From positions 32,001-96,000 of the IMG/VR virus record IMGVR_UViG_3300033997_000077: DNA of 64,000 nt. One strand, written 5' to 3'. Both the position numbers and the translations under genes were made by a program. The notes below the pieces were generated by a model that did not search any database, was not told the DNA's origin, and saw only the letters and a list, made by a program, of their open reading frames with translations. Source of the stretch: a virus. Positions 37,554 to 46,330 of the stretch are shown here, in pieces (the first letter of the stretch is position 1; each line of letters opens with the position of its first letter).

Positions 37554-39459
37554 TTTTGGCGTCCGTATGCAAAGCCTCAGTCAAGTGTTACCGATGACTT
37601 CGGAGTCCGCCGTGACTCCGATTCGTCTGAAGTACATGGGCAGTGCGCCCGTGGAACTCGACGGTAACGACGACTGGGATGCGTCGATGGACAAAGGCGA
37701 AGCCTACGAGCTTGTGCCTGCCGCAAACGCACGCGGCAAAGTCGCCATTGTGTTGAAGATTGAACGCAAACGTGAATTCTTCTACGTCAGCGACCGTGCG
37801 AAGATCATGCAGATTCTGGCGGGCACCAAGTTCCCCAAGAAGATGGATCTCGACAACCTGCTGTACGCAACAGGCAAGGGCGTGAACCGTGCGAACTTTG
37901 TTGAGGTCGGCACCATTGCTGAAGACATCAACGATATGTCTACGCACAAGTGGTTCCTCGCCGCTGGGATCAAGATGTATATGGACAAGAACAAGCGCCA
38001 TTACTTCTGTTTCGATCTCAAGAACCCGATGGAAACCTACCTGCCGAAGACCAAGGTAGCCCGCCTGAAAGCGTCGTTCAAGCCGCAGCCCGCTAAGACC
38101 ATCGTGCAGCAAATCGCGGACAAGGTTGAGGAAAAGGTTGCTGGCACGAAGACCGTGCACCAGTACGACGGCGGCCCCATCGATCCGAAGTACGTAGGCG
38201 ACCCGAACTTCAGCGTCCTGATCGGCGGCAACGTCTACAAGGGCACCGAACTCAGCATCGACAACAAGGGCAACGTGTACCATCCGGTTGCGTCCGATGA
38301 CCCCATCGAGAATGCGTTGCGTAACCACAAGCGTCCTGCCTACAAGAACATGACGACCGCGCAGATCGGTGCTGCGTTGCTGGCTATGCCGCGCGAGCAG
38401 CTGTATGTTGAAGCCGCACGTGCTGCCCACGCCGAAGACCTGCGCGCACTGCTGGCAGCTGGCCGTACACTCTCGCAGTGGAAAGACCTCGGCTACACCA
38501 GCAAGCAGGGAGCTGAAAAGCAACTTGCAGCAATCGAGAGCGCCAATGTACGCGAGGCTGTTCCGGTAACGAGCCCGACTGTTGGCCCACGCAACACCAC
38601 TATCCCACAGCCGAAGACCATTGCGGATTCCGATTACGGCTTCCTCGCTGTAACACCGCACGAACTTCACGCCAAAGATAGCTGGGTGGTGTACGCTCCG
38701 ACACGCGCGGCCCTTACTCGCCAACTCGACATCCTGCACTCTGCTGCTGGTGATTCGATGGCGAAGGCCGGAAAGGTCGAACTCTACAAGATCGTGCGTC
38801 AGTCGCCGCTTGTCCAGCAGATCGCCAAGCGCGCCGTCGCAATGTCTACTGCGGAAATCAAATCGAAGGCAACGTTCGTGCGCATGGTTTCCTACGTCGC
38901 GCCCATCGCCGGAGACGAGGTTCAGCATGAGCGTCCGTGGACTGACATCGACCCCGACGACATCAACGTCAGTTGGAGCGACTACGATCCTGCGGAAACC
39001 CGACTGGCGATCACCAAGCTGTTCAACGAGGGCTTCTTCAGTGCCACGTTGAAGCCGCGCCCGACTACCAAGGGTTTGGTGTTCGACATCGTTGGTGGCC
39101 GCGCTGGTCGTGATGAAGTCTACGGTGCAGTGCGCCGCGTGTACCAGTGGCTGCACAACATTGGAATCAACAACGTCAAGGTTGCCGCCAAGTGGGCACC
39201 GACCAAAGCGCTGATTGACTTCAAGTTCCCTGCACTGTCCGCCGACGAGAAAGAGAGTATCCGACTGCTGCGCGAGAAGCCGCCAGTTATCGGGGCACCG
39301 CTCTACACCATCGAGGCGCAGAAGCACCGCACGTTCCAGATCTACGCTGCCGACAACAACTCCGGTAAGGTGTTCATGTATCCTGTGCGGAATACTCAGC
39401 CGCTCACGAACGAGCCGACGCCTGTGCTGTACTGCAAAGTTCAACGCATTGCAGAATAA
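37534..39459 (+). CDS. 641-aa protein with SLS/SES leader; candidate internal head protein
   Basis: GTG after AGGAGG (alternative ATG 37567); MQSLSQVLPMTSESA. Confidence 0.6.
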   Translation: MNVTQRNFGVRMQSLSQVLPMTSESAVTPIRLKYMGSAPVELDGNDDWDASMDKGEAYELVPAANARGKVAIVLKIERKREFFYVSDRAKIMQILAGTKFPKKMDLDNLLYATGKGVNRANFVEVGTIAEDINDMSTHKWFLAAGIKMYMDKNKRHYFCFDLKNPMETYLPKTKVARLKASFKPQPAKTIVQQIADKVEEKVAGTKTVHQYDGGPIDPKYVGDPNFSVLIGGNVYKGTELSIDNKGNVYHPVASDDPIENALRNHKRPAYKNMTTAQIGAALLAMPREQLYVEAARAAHAEDLRALLAAGRTLSQWKDLGYTSKQGAEKQLAAIESANVREAVPVTSPTVGPRNTTIPQPKTIADSDYGFLAVTPHELHAKDSWVVYAPTRAALTRQLDILHSAAGDSMAKAGKVELYKIVRQSPLVQQIAKRAVAMSTAEIKSKATFVRMVSYVAPIAGDEVQHERPWTDIDPDDINVSWSDYDPAETRLAITKLFNEGFFSATLKPRPTTKGLVFDIVGGRAGRDEVYGAVRRVYQWLHNIGINNVKVAAKWAPTKALIDFKFPALSADEKESIRLLREKPPVIGAPLYTIEAQKHRTFQIYAADNNSGKVFMYPVRNTQPLTNEPTPVLYCKVQRIAE

Positions 39460-39499
39460 GAAAAGGGGAGACACCGCAAAGTGTCTCCCCTTTCTTTTT
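39458..39499. terminator. Bidirectional intrinsic terminator
   Basis: AAGAAAAGGGGAGACAC-CGCAAA-GTGTCTCCCCTTTCTTTT between convergent genes. Confidence 0.9.
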
Positions 39500-39989
39500 A
39501 CCCGATAGAGAACGCCTGCTTGCGGTTATTGCGGGGCACGTAGCTAACGTGTACCCAACCGCTGCGCGGGTCTCCGCTCTTGTGGAACTCAAGGATCAGC
39601 TGGTCGTAAACCAAGTTGGCCTTGATCCACTCGTACAGATCCTTGTTGCTTACTCCCCTCACTTCCAAATCAACGGCATTGCCGCGCGGGTGCTGCTTGC
39701 GGGCAAAATACTTCGCCCAGCTAACTTCGTTGACCTTCATGCCGTTCTGCGCACACCACTTCACATACGCATCCTTGCAGATAGCCTTCTCCAACGCTTC
39801 GCAGCGATACCACGAATTGATCTCAATGTTGGCGACGCCGTACTTGATAGCCAATGGCTCAAGAACGTTGACCGCAACGTTGATCGCTTCGTTCACCACG
39901 GCGGGCGGCGCACTGTTGTCAATCTTCAGGCGGTAAGCGGTATCGCTCTCCACCACATGACGCAGATTGAAATTGGCACTGATCTGCAT
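39498..39989 (-). CDS. Peptidase M15-family endolysin
   Basis: QISANF.L, INSWYRC, QH..G.AVD and WVHVSY Zn-ligand motifs; ATG 39989 with GGAGG RBS. Confidence 0.88.
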   Translation of the reverse strand: MQISANFNLRHVVESDTAYRLKIDNSAPPAVVNEAINVAVNVLEPLAIKYGVANIEINSWYRCEALEKAICKDAYVKWCAQNGMKVNEVSWAKYFARKQHPRGNAVDLEVRGVSNKDLYEWIKANLVYDQLILEFHKSGDPRSGWVHVSYVPRNNRKQAFSIG

Positions 39990-40008
39990 ACATACCTCCG
40001 ATGCAAAA

Positions 40009-40018
40009 CTGTAAACAA
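40009..40018 (+). promoter_or_regulatory. CTGTAAACAA candidate promoter
   Basis: In the short divergent intergenic gap, upstream of the nucleotide-metabolism operon. Confidence 0.55.
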
Positions 40019-40043
40019 GTGGTGACCCCTTATGGAGACCACT

Positions 40044-40586
40044 ATGAAACACGAGTACATTGTTAGTGCAGCGTTGACAGCGTTCCAGATTTCGACCCAC
40101 AGTCACTGTGTACGTCGTCAAGCTGGCGCAATCATCATTGCACGTGACGGGACTGAAAACCGTCCCGAGGTGTTGGGCTGGGGCGCGAACGGTATGCCGT
40201 CCGGCCATGCAACCAACTGCTGCGAGATCCCAGCTGCTCCGGACTTCGTGCCGCAAGCTGGTGATCCTTACGGCCACTTGATGACAAGCCCTGAAGTCGT
40301 TCACGCGGAAATCAGAGCGCTACGTCAAGCGGGCGAAAGTGCGCGTGGCGCAATCATGGTATGCACTGACACCCCGTGCCCAGATTGCCTCAAGGCACTC
40401 AACGATGCAGGGATTGCCGAGTTCTACTACCTGTTCGACTATCGCCTGACCGCACACCTTCAGGACGCCACATTCAAAATTAGCCAGATAGACGTGGATG
40501 AAGTTCTGTGTCTGTCACAGGCATTGAGCAAGCGCATTGAACACCGCATCATCAACAACCTGAAACTCATGGAGCAAAGCAAATGA
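40044..40586 (+). CDS. dCMP deaminase
   Basis: S.C.RRQ.GAII, G.NG.P.G..NCCE, VHAE, PCPDC; start after GGAG. Confidence 0.92.
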   Translation: MKHEYIVSAALTAFQISTHSHCVRRQAGAIIIARDGTENRPEVLGWGANGMPSGHATNCCEIPAAPDFVPQAGDPYGHLMTSPEVVHAEIRALRQAGESARGAIMVCTDTPCPDCLKALNDAGIAEFYYLFDYRLTAHLQDATFKISQIDVDEVLCLSQALSKRIEHRIINNLKLMEQSK

Positions 40587-41899
40587 ACGGAACCTGCCCA
40601 AGCGTAGCCGACGACTTCGAAGACGCCGAAGAGTTTAACTCTTACTTCAACGTAGATCTCCAATACGTCGACCTGTTGGAGAAAATTCAACACGTCAACT
40701 ACGTGAAACCTGCACGCCAGCATACGCGGATGTCTATTCCGCACTCTGCTATGTGGTTCCCCGACGTCACGGTAAGCATGCCGCTGCCACGCGTTAAAAA
40801 GTTGTTCCTGCGTCAGATGCTGCGCGAGCTGCTTTGGTTCTGTAGCGGCGCAACCGACATTGCGTATTTGAAACGCCACAACGTCAACATCTGGGATGGC
40901 TGGGTGAAAGCAGGCACCGAAGTGTGGGCGGAAATCCCGTGGGCGGATCGCATTCGCGAGGTAGAGAAGCGTGGCCTACTCGAAGAGTTCCAGCGCTACA
41001 CCGCACAGTATCCGGATCAACTCGACCGTCACGCAATCTGGATGGACAACTACAGCATCCCGTCACGCAAACTTGTCGGCGGCCAGCTGGGCCCCGTGTA
41101 TGGCGCGCAGTGGCGCAGAATCGAAGATACTCAGATCATCTTCACTGGGGATCCTGACTCCAAAGAACGCTACGACGCACTGTTAGCCAAGGGATACGTG
41201 AAGCAAGGCATCTTCGAAGCTGGCGAAACCGGATACGACAACGTGGTAATGGTCGGCTACATTGACCAGCTGGGCGACGTGCTGGATCTGCTGGATCGTG
41301 ATCCCGGCTCTTCGCGCATGGTTGTCAACGCGTGGAACCCGCGTGACTTGCCGAAGATGCAACTGCCGCCCTGCCACATGACTTTCCAGCTTGTGGTCGG
41401 CGCTCCCCACTATCGTTGTCTCCACAACGTTGAGCACGTGCTGCACATGAACGCGTACCAGCGCAGCGTTGACACCTGTTTGGGCTTGCCGTTCAATCTG
41501 GCGTCGTACTCCACACTGCTCCACATCTTTGCAGCAGTATCCAAGATCAAGCTGGACGCTGGTGGTCTCATGTATAACATGGGCGACTGCCACATCTACA
41601 GCAACCAACTCGGTGAGCCGATGGACAAGCTGAAGGGCCAGATCGAAAACGAACTGGAACGTCTGGCCGAACAAGAGAACGTGTCGGATGCCATGATCGA
41701 CGCACCGAAGTTGAAGATCAACGTTCCGGAGTCGCTGACCACCAAGTGGGCAGGCTGCGACAAATACTACGGCACGCGCTATCGTTTCGACGAATTCATC
41801 GGCCACTGCATGGAGTTGTCGGACGAAGAGCTGTTCAAGGTGTTCGACTACACCTACGAGAACTACCAGCCCCACGTTCACTTCCCCGTCAGCATCTAA
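40583..41899 (+). CDS. thyA: Thymidylate synthase with large insertions
   Basis: ELLWF, NIWD.W, LGPVYG.QWR, SSR..V.AWNP, LPPCH, YQRS.D..LGLPFN, GD.HIY.N. Confidence 0.95.
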   Translation: MNGTCPSVADDFEDAEEFNSYFNVDLQYVDLLEKIQHVNYVKPARQHTRMSIPHSAMWFPDVTVSMPLPRVKKLFLRQMLRELLWFCSGATDIAYLKRHNVNIWDGWVKAGTEVWAEIPWADRIREVEKRGLLEEFQRYTAQYPDQLDRHAIWMDNYSIPSRKLVGGQLGPVYGAQWRRIEDTQIIFTGDPDSKERYDALLAKGYVKQGIFEAGETGYDNVVMVGYIDQLGDVLDLLDRDPGSSRMVVNAWNPRDLPKMQLPPCHMTFQLVVGAPHYRCLHNVEHVLHMNAYQRSVDTCLGLPFNLASYSTLLHIFAAVSKIKLDAGGLMYNMGDCHIYSNQLGEPMDKLKGQIENELERLAEQENVSDAMIDAPKLKINVPESLTTKWAGCDKYYGTRYRFDEFIGHCMELSDEELFKVFDYTYENYQPHVHFPVSI

Positions 41900-41908
41900 G
41901 GAGCGTAT

Positions 41909-42244
41909 ATGGAAAAGCGCCCCACAAAAGCAAAAGCCAAGTATACGCGCTTTGAGGCACGCCTCAGTCCTGAATTGAAGGCGGCTATCGAAACGGCTGC
42001 CGACATCCGTGGAGTAACCACTTCCGCCTTTGCCAAGACTACGTTGAAGCAAGTGGCAGAGGGCGTAATCGCATCACCCTCTGCGCAAGTCATTCTACTT
42101 GACGCCGAAGCGTTCGCGCGATTCGAAGAGTTGATCAAATCACCGCCCAACTATAACGATGCGATGTTGAAGGCTTTAGAAGATGTTAAGCGCGGGCAAG
42201 TCGTTATCGGGTACAAGCGAACCAAACGCAAGGAGCAGCCATGA
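41909..42244 (+). CDS. DUF1778/TacA-like ribbon-helix-helix antitoxin (orphan)
   Basis: R.E.RL..E.K..IE.AA...G.T.S.F.....A..VI.....I.L..E.F..F...I..PP..N..L. Confidence 0.82.
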   Translation: MEKRPTKAKAKYTRFEARLSPELKAAIETAADIRGVTTSAFAKTTLKQVAEGVIASPSAQVILLDAEAFARFEELIKSPPNYNDAMLKALEDVKRGQVVIGYKRTKRKEQP

Positions 42245-42897
42245 TCACGTTGAGCATTGCAATGCCGTTCACCGACGAGCTTGAGGAAGAGTGCAAGTTC
42301 CTCAACGTCGATGACGGAAAGGTGCCGCCCTCAGTTGTCCGCTACGCTGCAATGCAGGGCGTATCGCTGGCAGGGCAGAAGCTCACCCGCGCCCGTTACG
42401 ACTGGGGTACGATGCACTTCACGTTCGAGCCCGTCAGTGAAAGCGAGTTCGTAACGTTGCCCGAAATTCCGTACACGGAAGACAACTACCACCCGCTGCA
42501 TGGGCCCGCGCAACGTTGGTGGGTTGCCATCTGCCGCGCTGGTGTCGAGGGCCCCAACATTCTGGATCCCAAAGTGGTCGAGGAAGTCAAAGCCGCGTGC
42601 GGTGGGCTTGACCTAACGGGCAAGGAAGTGAACTACGTCACCAAAGGCATGCACGGTTACCACATTCGGATCCGACGTGACTTGCTGAACGCTCCCGTGG
42701 TGCTCGGCGTGGACATGGCAGCAGAAGGGCAGGACACCACCGTTGAACTGGCGGTGGAGCAGCCCGACGCCGATCAGCCGAAGTACACGGAGAACGGCTA
42801 CCGCAAGTTGCCGGAAACCAAAGGCGAGCAGGGCATTGTTGGTAGAGCTATTGATTCGGTACTCGACGCATTCACCATTGGGTCACTGATCGACTGA
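42241..42897 (+). CDS. Hypothetical protein
   Basis: AAGGAG RBS, ATGA overlap; no GNAT acetyl-CoA motif visible. Confidence 0.6.
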   Translation: MITLSIAMPFTDELEEECKFLNVDDGKVPPSVVRYAAMQGVSLAGQKLTRARYDWGTMHFTFEPVSESEFVTLPEIPYTEDNYHPLHGPAQRWWVAICRAGVEGPNILDPKVVEEVKAACGGLDLTGKEVNYVTKGMHGYHIRIRRDLLNAPVVLGVDMAAEGQDTTVELAVEQPDADQPKYTENGYRKLPETKGEQGIVGRAIDSVLDAFTIGSLID

Positions 42898-42901
42898 CAT
42901 A

Positions 42902-42933
42902 CTGTAAACAATAGGGGAGCGCAGTGCTCCCCT
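42902..42933 (+). promoter_or_regulatory. CTGTAAACAA motif followed by leader hairpin
   Basis: Motif at 42902-42911, then AGGGGAGC-GCAGT-GCTCCCCT, then the GGAG RBS. Confidence 0.55.
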
Positions 42934-42944
42934 TGGAGATCCAC

Positions 42945-43316
42945 ATGCAGAAAACGACCAATAGACGTTACTACGATCTGGAAGCTAGCGGGCTGGCGGA
43001 GCGTCCGATGGGCTCACGCCTTCCACGTTCGCAGTTTGAAGTGTACGAGTATGCGAAGGCGCTGGGAATGTCGGAACCTGAAGCCAAGCTCTTCGCCAAC
43101 AACGTTTCGTCGGCAGGTTATGGCGTAACACAGGAAGCGCTGGACAAGGCATACGCCATCCACAACGAACGGGTTCGCCTGCTGGCACAGCGTCAGCGTG
43201 AAGTTGAAGAGCGTGCAGCCAAAGCCGCCATCCGCAGCCCCAACACGGGCAACGCGATTCGCAGCCACGAACGCCGCGCCGCCCAGAAATCAGCAGCAAG
43301 GAAGAAACGCAAATGA
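42945..43316 (+). CDS. Hypothetical protein, basic C-terminus
   Basis: ATG 42945 after GGAG. Confidence 0.6.
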   Translation: MQKTTNRRYYDLEASGLAERPMGSRLPRSQFEVYEYAKALGMSEPEAKLFANNVSSAGYGVTQEALDKAYAIHNERVRLLAQRQREVEERAAKAAIRSPNTGNAIRSHERRAAQKSAARKKRK

Positions 43317-43747
43317 ACATAGAGAAACCAAACGAAGACGGGAAGATTGACGTCCAGATCAACTTTCATCGTCTACCCTTCGCACTGCGCGGTGACCCGC
43401 TCATTGTGGCGGCGAAAAGCGAGTGGGAGCAAACCCTGTCGAAGGCGCTGACCAGTCAGTTGCATGGGCGCATCGACCGTGAGGGCAAGTTCACCGAAGC
43501 GTGCCCGACTTCCGCACCCATCATTGACTTCAAGGAAGGTGACAACGCTCCGGACAACGTTCGTGACGTGATGGACAGATGGCTCGCGGCTCTGGTGGGG
43601 GTGACCCCTGCGAGCATGCCGGAAATGGAGCTGTCGCCCGAGATTGTCCAGAACGTACTGAATGCAACGGGCGTTGATCTCAGCCACTACACTGTAACAG
43701 ATGTCGAGTACAGTGCCCCAAGCGTGTTCAACATTACTCTGAGGTAG
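43313..43747 (+). CDS. Hypothetical protein
   Basis: ATGA overlap, 144 aa. Confidence 0.6.
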   Translation: MNIEKPNEDGKIDVQINFHRLPFALRGDPLIVAAKSEWEQTLSKALTSQLHGRIDREGKFTEACPTSAPIIDFKEGDNAPDNVRDVMDRWLAALVGVTPASMPEMELSPEIVQNVLNATGVDLSHYTVTDVEYSAPSVFNITLR

Positions 43748-43751
43748 CACC

Positions 43752-44468
43752 ATGCCCCTGACTATTTCATTCGGACTTCCGCGCCTCTACTGGGCTCACT
43801 GGCCGGACGTGAAGATCCCAGTGACCAAAGCGCCCGCCGACATTCCAGAGAATCACACGCTGCACTTGGACATCCGCGTTGAACGGGTTGAGGGGCAACT
43901 CAGACTACTGATCGATGAATCGTTCCAGACATACAGCAGTCCCGACCTAATTCAGTATTCGACTCCGCCAACGCCATATCGCCGCATGTATCGAGCCAAG
44001 CTCCGCATGTGGTTGAAGGTATTGGGTCATGCTGCGTATGAGTTGCGCGACAAGCAAGCAGCCCGCACGCTCTCGAAAGTGAAGTGGCTGTCAGTCGCTG
44101 ACCAGAATTCGCTGCAAGGTTACTACGGACGACGCCGCAGTGCGAGCCATAACAGAGTCTGGAAGTTTGCGCGCCCGACTCCACACCAACACCGTGACAT
44201 TCTCAAGTTCATCGCAGCGGTGCGGAACTCCCTGCACGACTCCATCCGGCATTACACGCAAGGCAACTGCTATGGGTTCGCCAAGTTGCTGCGCCACCAA
44301 TATCCGGAAGCCGTGATCTGGTACGACCATGTTGAGGGCCATGTGTATACACGCATTGGTTCAACATGGTACGACATTCGCGGCGCACACTACAGGCGTG
44401 GCGACAAGCGCCCGCTGGATCACCGCGAAGGCCACCGCCCTCACAGATGGAAGCCCAATAATGGATAG
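43752..44468 (+). CDS. Hypothetical protein with C-terminal Cys-His-Asp (papain/transglutaminase-like) motif
   Basis: GNCYGFA...GHVYTRIG..WYDIRG. Confidence 0.55.
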   Translation: MPLTISFGLPRLYWAHWPDVKIPVTKAPADIPENHTLHLDIRVERVEGQLRLLIDESFQTYSSPDLIQYSTPPTPYRRMYRAKLRMWLKVLGHAAYELRDKQAARTLSKVKWLSVADQNSLQGYYGRRRSASHNRVWKFARPTPHQHRDILKFIAAVRNSLHDSIRHYTQGNCYGFAKLLRHQYPEAVIWYDHVEGHVYTRIGSTWYDIRGAHYRRGDKRPLDHREGHRPHRWKPNNG

Positions 44469-44742
44469 CAAAGCAGCATGGCACTTGGTGCTGAGTGAAC
44501 TCGGCGGCCCCAAGGTGGATCCCAACATTCTGAGCGAAGTAGAAATGATGGCGGTCGGTGACGGTCTCGGTATCCACCTCTTCGGGGTCAGTAAGCTGCC
44601 CGACCGTGACGAGATTGAACGCCGTCGCCAAATCCAGCGCGAGCAATGGGCCGCGTACCGAGCAGAACAAGAAAGGCTACGCCCGTTGCGTAGCGCGCTG
44701 CGTAGTCGTGAACTGCGCAAGAAGCAGAAACGTAAACGCTAG
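44461..44742 (+). CDS. Hypothetical basic protein
   Basis: ATG 44461 overlapping the previous stop. Confidence 0.5.
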   Translation: MDSKAAWHLVLSELGGPKVDPNILSEVEMMAVGDGLGIHLFGVSKLPDRDEIERRRQIQREQWAAYRAEQERLRPLRSALRSRELRKKQKRKR

Positions 44743-44751
44743 GAGATTGAT

Positions 44752-45207
44752 ATGAGTAACGTGTTTGTTGTACGCCCCATTGCCGCTGGGTTCCCGTTTG
44801 CCTCAACCGACAAGTTGATCGAGGCAATATCCTTGGCGTCAGCCAAGCTGAAAGGCCACACGGGTTTGAAGATGCTCCGCGCCCTACCCAACCCCAGAGA
44901 AGGTGACGGGGAGTACGTGACCGAAGTGTTTAGACTGCGTGCCGACGGCAAGTTCGTCGAAGACGCCAGCTTCATCTTTCTGCTCGGGCCAAAGGCCGTC
45001 ACCGCGATCCGTGAGCATTACGAATCTCTTGTCTACAGTGCATATAACCCGAGTGAGCAGCCAGAGCATTTCGATCCCGTCAGTCTTGAGATCATCCATG
45101 CACTGCGCTGCTCACTGACCAAGTTCCAGACGCCTTGCGTTAAAAGCGAGTGCAGCGAGAACTGCGTCATGTTGGAGATCCGCAACGCAATGGATGAATC
45201 GCTATGA
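44752..45207 (+). CDS. Hypothetical protein
   Basis: AGGAG RBS. Confidence 0.6.
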   Translation: MSNVFVVRPIAAGFPFASTDKLIEAISLASAKLKGHTGLKMLRALPNPREGDGEYVTEVFRLRADGKFVEDASFIFLLGPKAVTAIREHYESLVYSAYNPSEQPEHFDPVSLEIIHALRCSLTKFQTPCVKSECSENCVMLEIRNAMDESL

Positions 45208-45827
45208 TGTATGGCATTCTGGTTTACAAGGAAGCTGAGTGGGAACGTGCGGCGGAAGAGAGCAGCTTGGCATTCAACGCGGTGCTGCGGAACCATGCCC
45301 ACGACACGCTGAGCATTGGGGATTTCATGGAATGGGAGCAGACCCCACGTGCCGACATGCAAATGCGCCTGCTGTGTACCGAAGATTTCGCTAAGTGGTT
45401 TCCCACGACCGAGCCCGATTACAAGCTGGCGCTAGTTCAGTACGCTGGTGCAGCACTGACCAACCTGCCGCCGCTGGTTGTCGCCAGCTACCTCGGGAAA
45501 GAGTTCGTGAACTGCTGCCCACGTACCGAGATTTCTCGGATGCAGCTCATTACGAAAATACGCATGGATACCTACGACGACGGCTGGTACTCGGAACTCA
45601 GGGCGATGGGTAAAATGAGCCCGCACCTTGCGATCATGGGAATGCCGTTGGCGATGGCCTACTATCGACAAGGGGAGGCGCTGCGCAAGGCAGACTTCTT
45701 CTGCGCACATAACGGTGACATCGCGTCAATAGTGTGTCCGCTGCGCGGCGACTTCTGGGACAGGATGGTGGAAGCACGCAACGAAGGTCTCGCCATCCGG
45801 CGCAGTAACTTGTTCGAGGTGGTGTAA
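45204..45827 (+). CDS. Hypothetical protein
   Basis: Tight overlaps with neighbours on both sides. Confidence 0.6.
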   Translation: MMYGILVYKEAEWERAAEESSLAFNAVLRNHAHDTLSIGDFMEWEQTPRADMQMRLLCTEDFAKWFPTTEPDYKLALVQYAGAALTNLPPLVVASYLGKEFVNCCPRTEISRMQLITKIRMDTYDDGWYSELRAMGKMSPHLAIMGMPLAMAYYRQGEALRKADFFCAHNGDIASIVCPLRGDFWDRMVEARNEGLAIRRSNLFEVV

Positions 45828-46330
45828 TGGAGCAGGTTGATATGATCGTCGCCGTGTCCAACAACATGGCGATTGGGATGCTGGATGGTGCGCTGCCGTG
45901 GCACGTGCCGGAAGAGCTTGCATGGTTCTCTGGTATCACGGCGAACCGCTCGATTATCATGGGGCGTAAGACGTGGGACTCGCTGCCAAGGAAGCCTCTG
46001 CCACACCGTCAGAACATTGTACTGACTTCACGCCGAATCCGTGGCGTTGATTGCGTCAGCAGCATTGAAGAAGCGCTGACTATTGCACGCAACCAGCCGA
46101 TTGTGATTGGCGGGGCCGAAATTTACCGACAGGCAATGCCGTTCGTGAGCAAGCTCTACCTGTCGGTGATTCCGTGTCAGGTGCGAGAGCCGCATGTAAA
46201 ATTCCCTATCAACGAACGCAACTGGAACGTTGAGAGTCGCGTCGACCACCCGACGTATTCGGTACTGGTGTTACGGCCCCGTCCTGCGGAGTTGCGTGAA
46301 GCGCCAGAAAGCATAACTTCAATCTACTGA
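45827..46330 (+). CDS. folA: Dihydrofolate reductase
   Basis: IVAVS.N.AIG..G.LPWH.PEEL..F, IIMGRKTWDSLP.KPLP.R.NIVL, VIGGAEIY. Confidence 0.95.
   Translation: MEQVDMIVAVSNNMAIGMLDGALPWHVPEELAWFSGITANRSIIMGRKTWDSLPRKPLPHRQNIVLTSRRIRGVDCVSSIEEALTIARNQPIVIGGAEIYRQAMPFVSKLYLSVIPCQVREPHVKFPINERNWNVESRVDHPTYSVLVLRPRPAELREAPESITSIY

Noticed and set aside
37588-39474. 628-aa minus-strand ORF (likewise 30720..32513, 16943..18412 and the + strand 56775..58550)
   Set aside because: Antisense mirrors of well-supported genes with biased codon usage; no RBS or recognisable motifs.
40583-41899. dCMP/dUMP hydroxymethylase implying hypermodified DNA
   Set aside because: It retains the canonical ThyA RSxD...PFN signature and is accompanied by DHFR and Tmk, consistent with ordinary dTMP synthesis.
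42241-44468. MITLSIA and MPLTISF starts as members of the SxS leader family
   Set aside because: They have the hydrophobic strand but no S-x-S near the N-terminus, and lie in a non-structural block.
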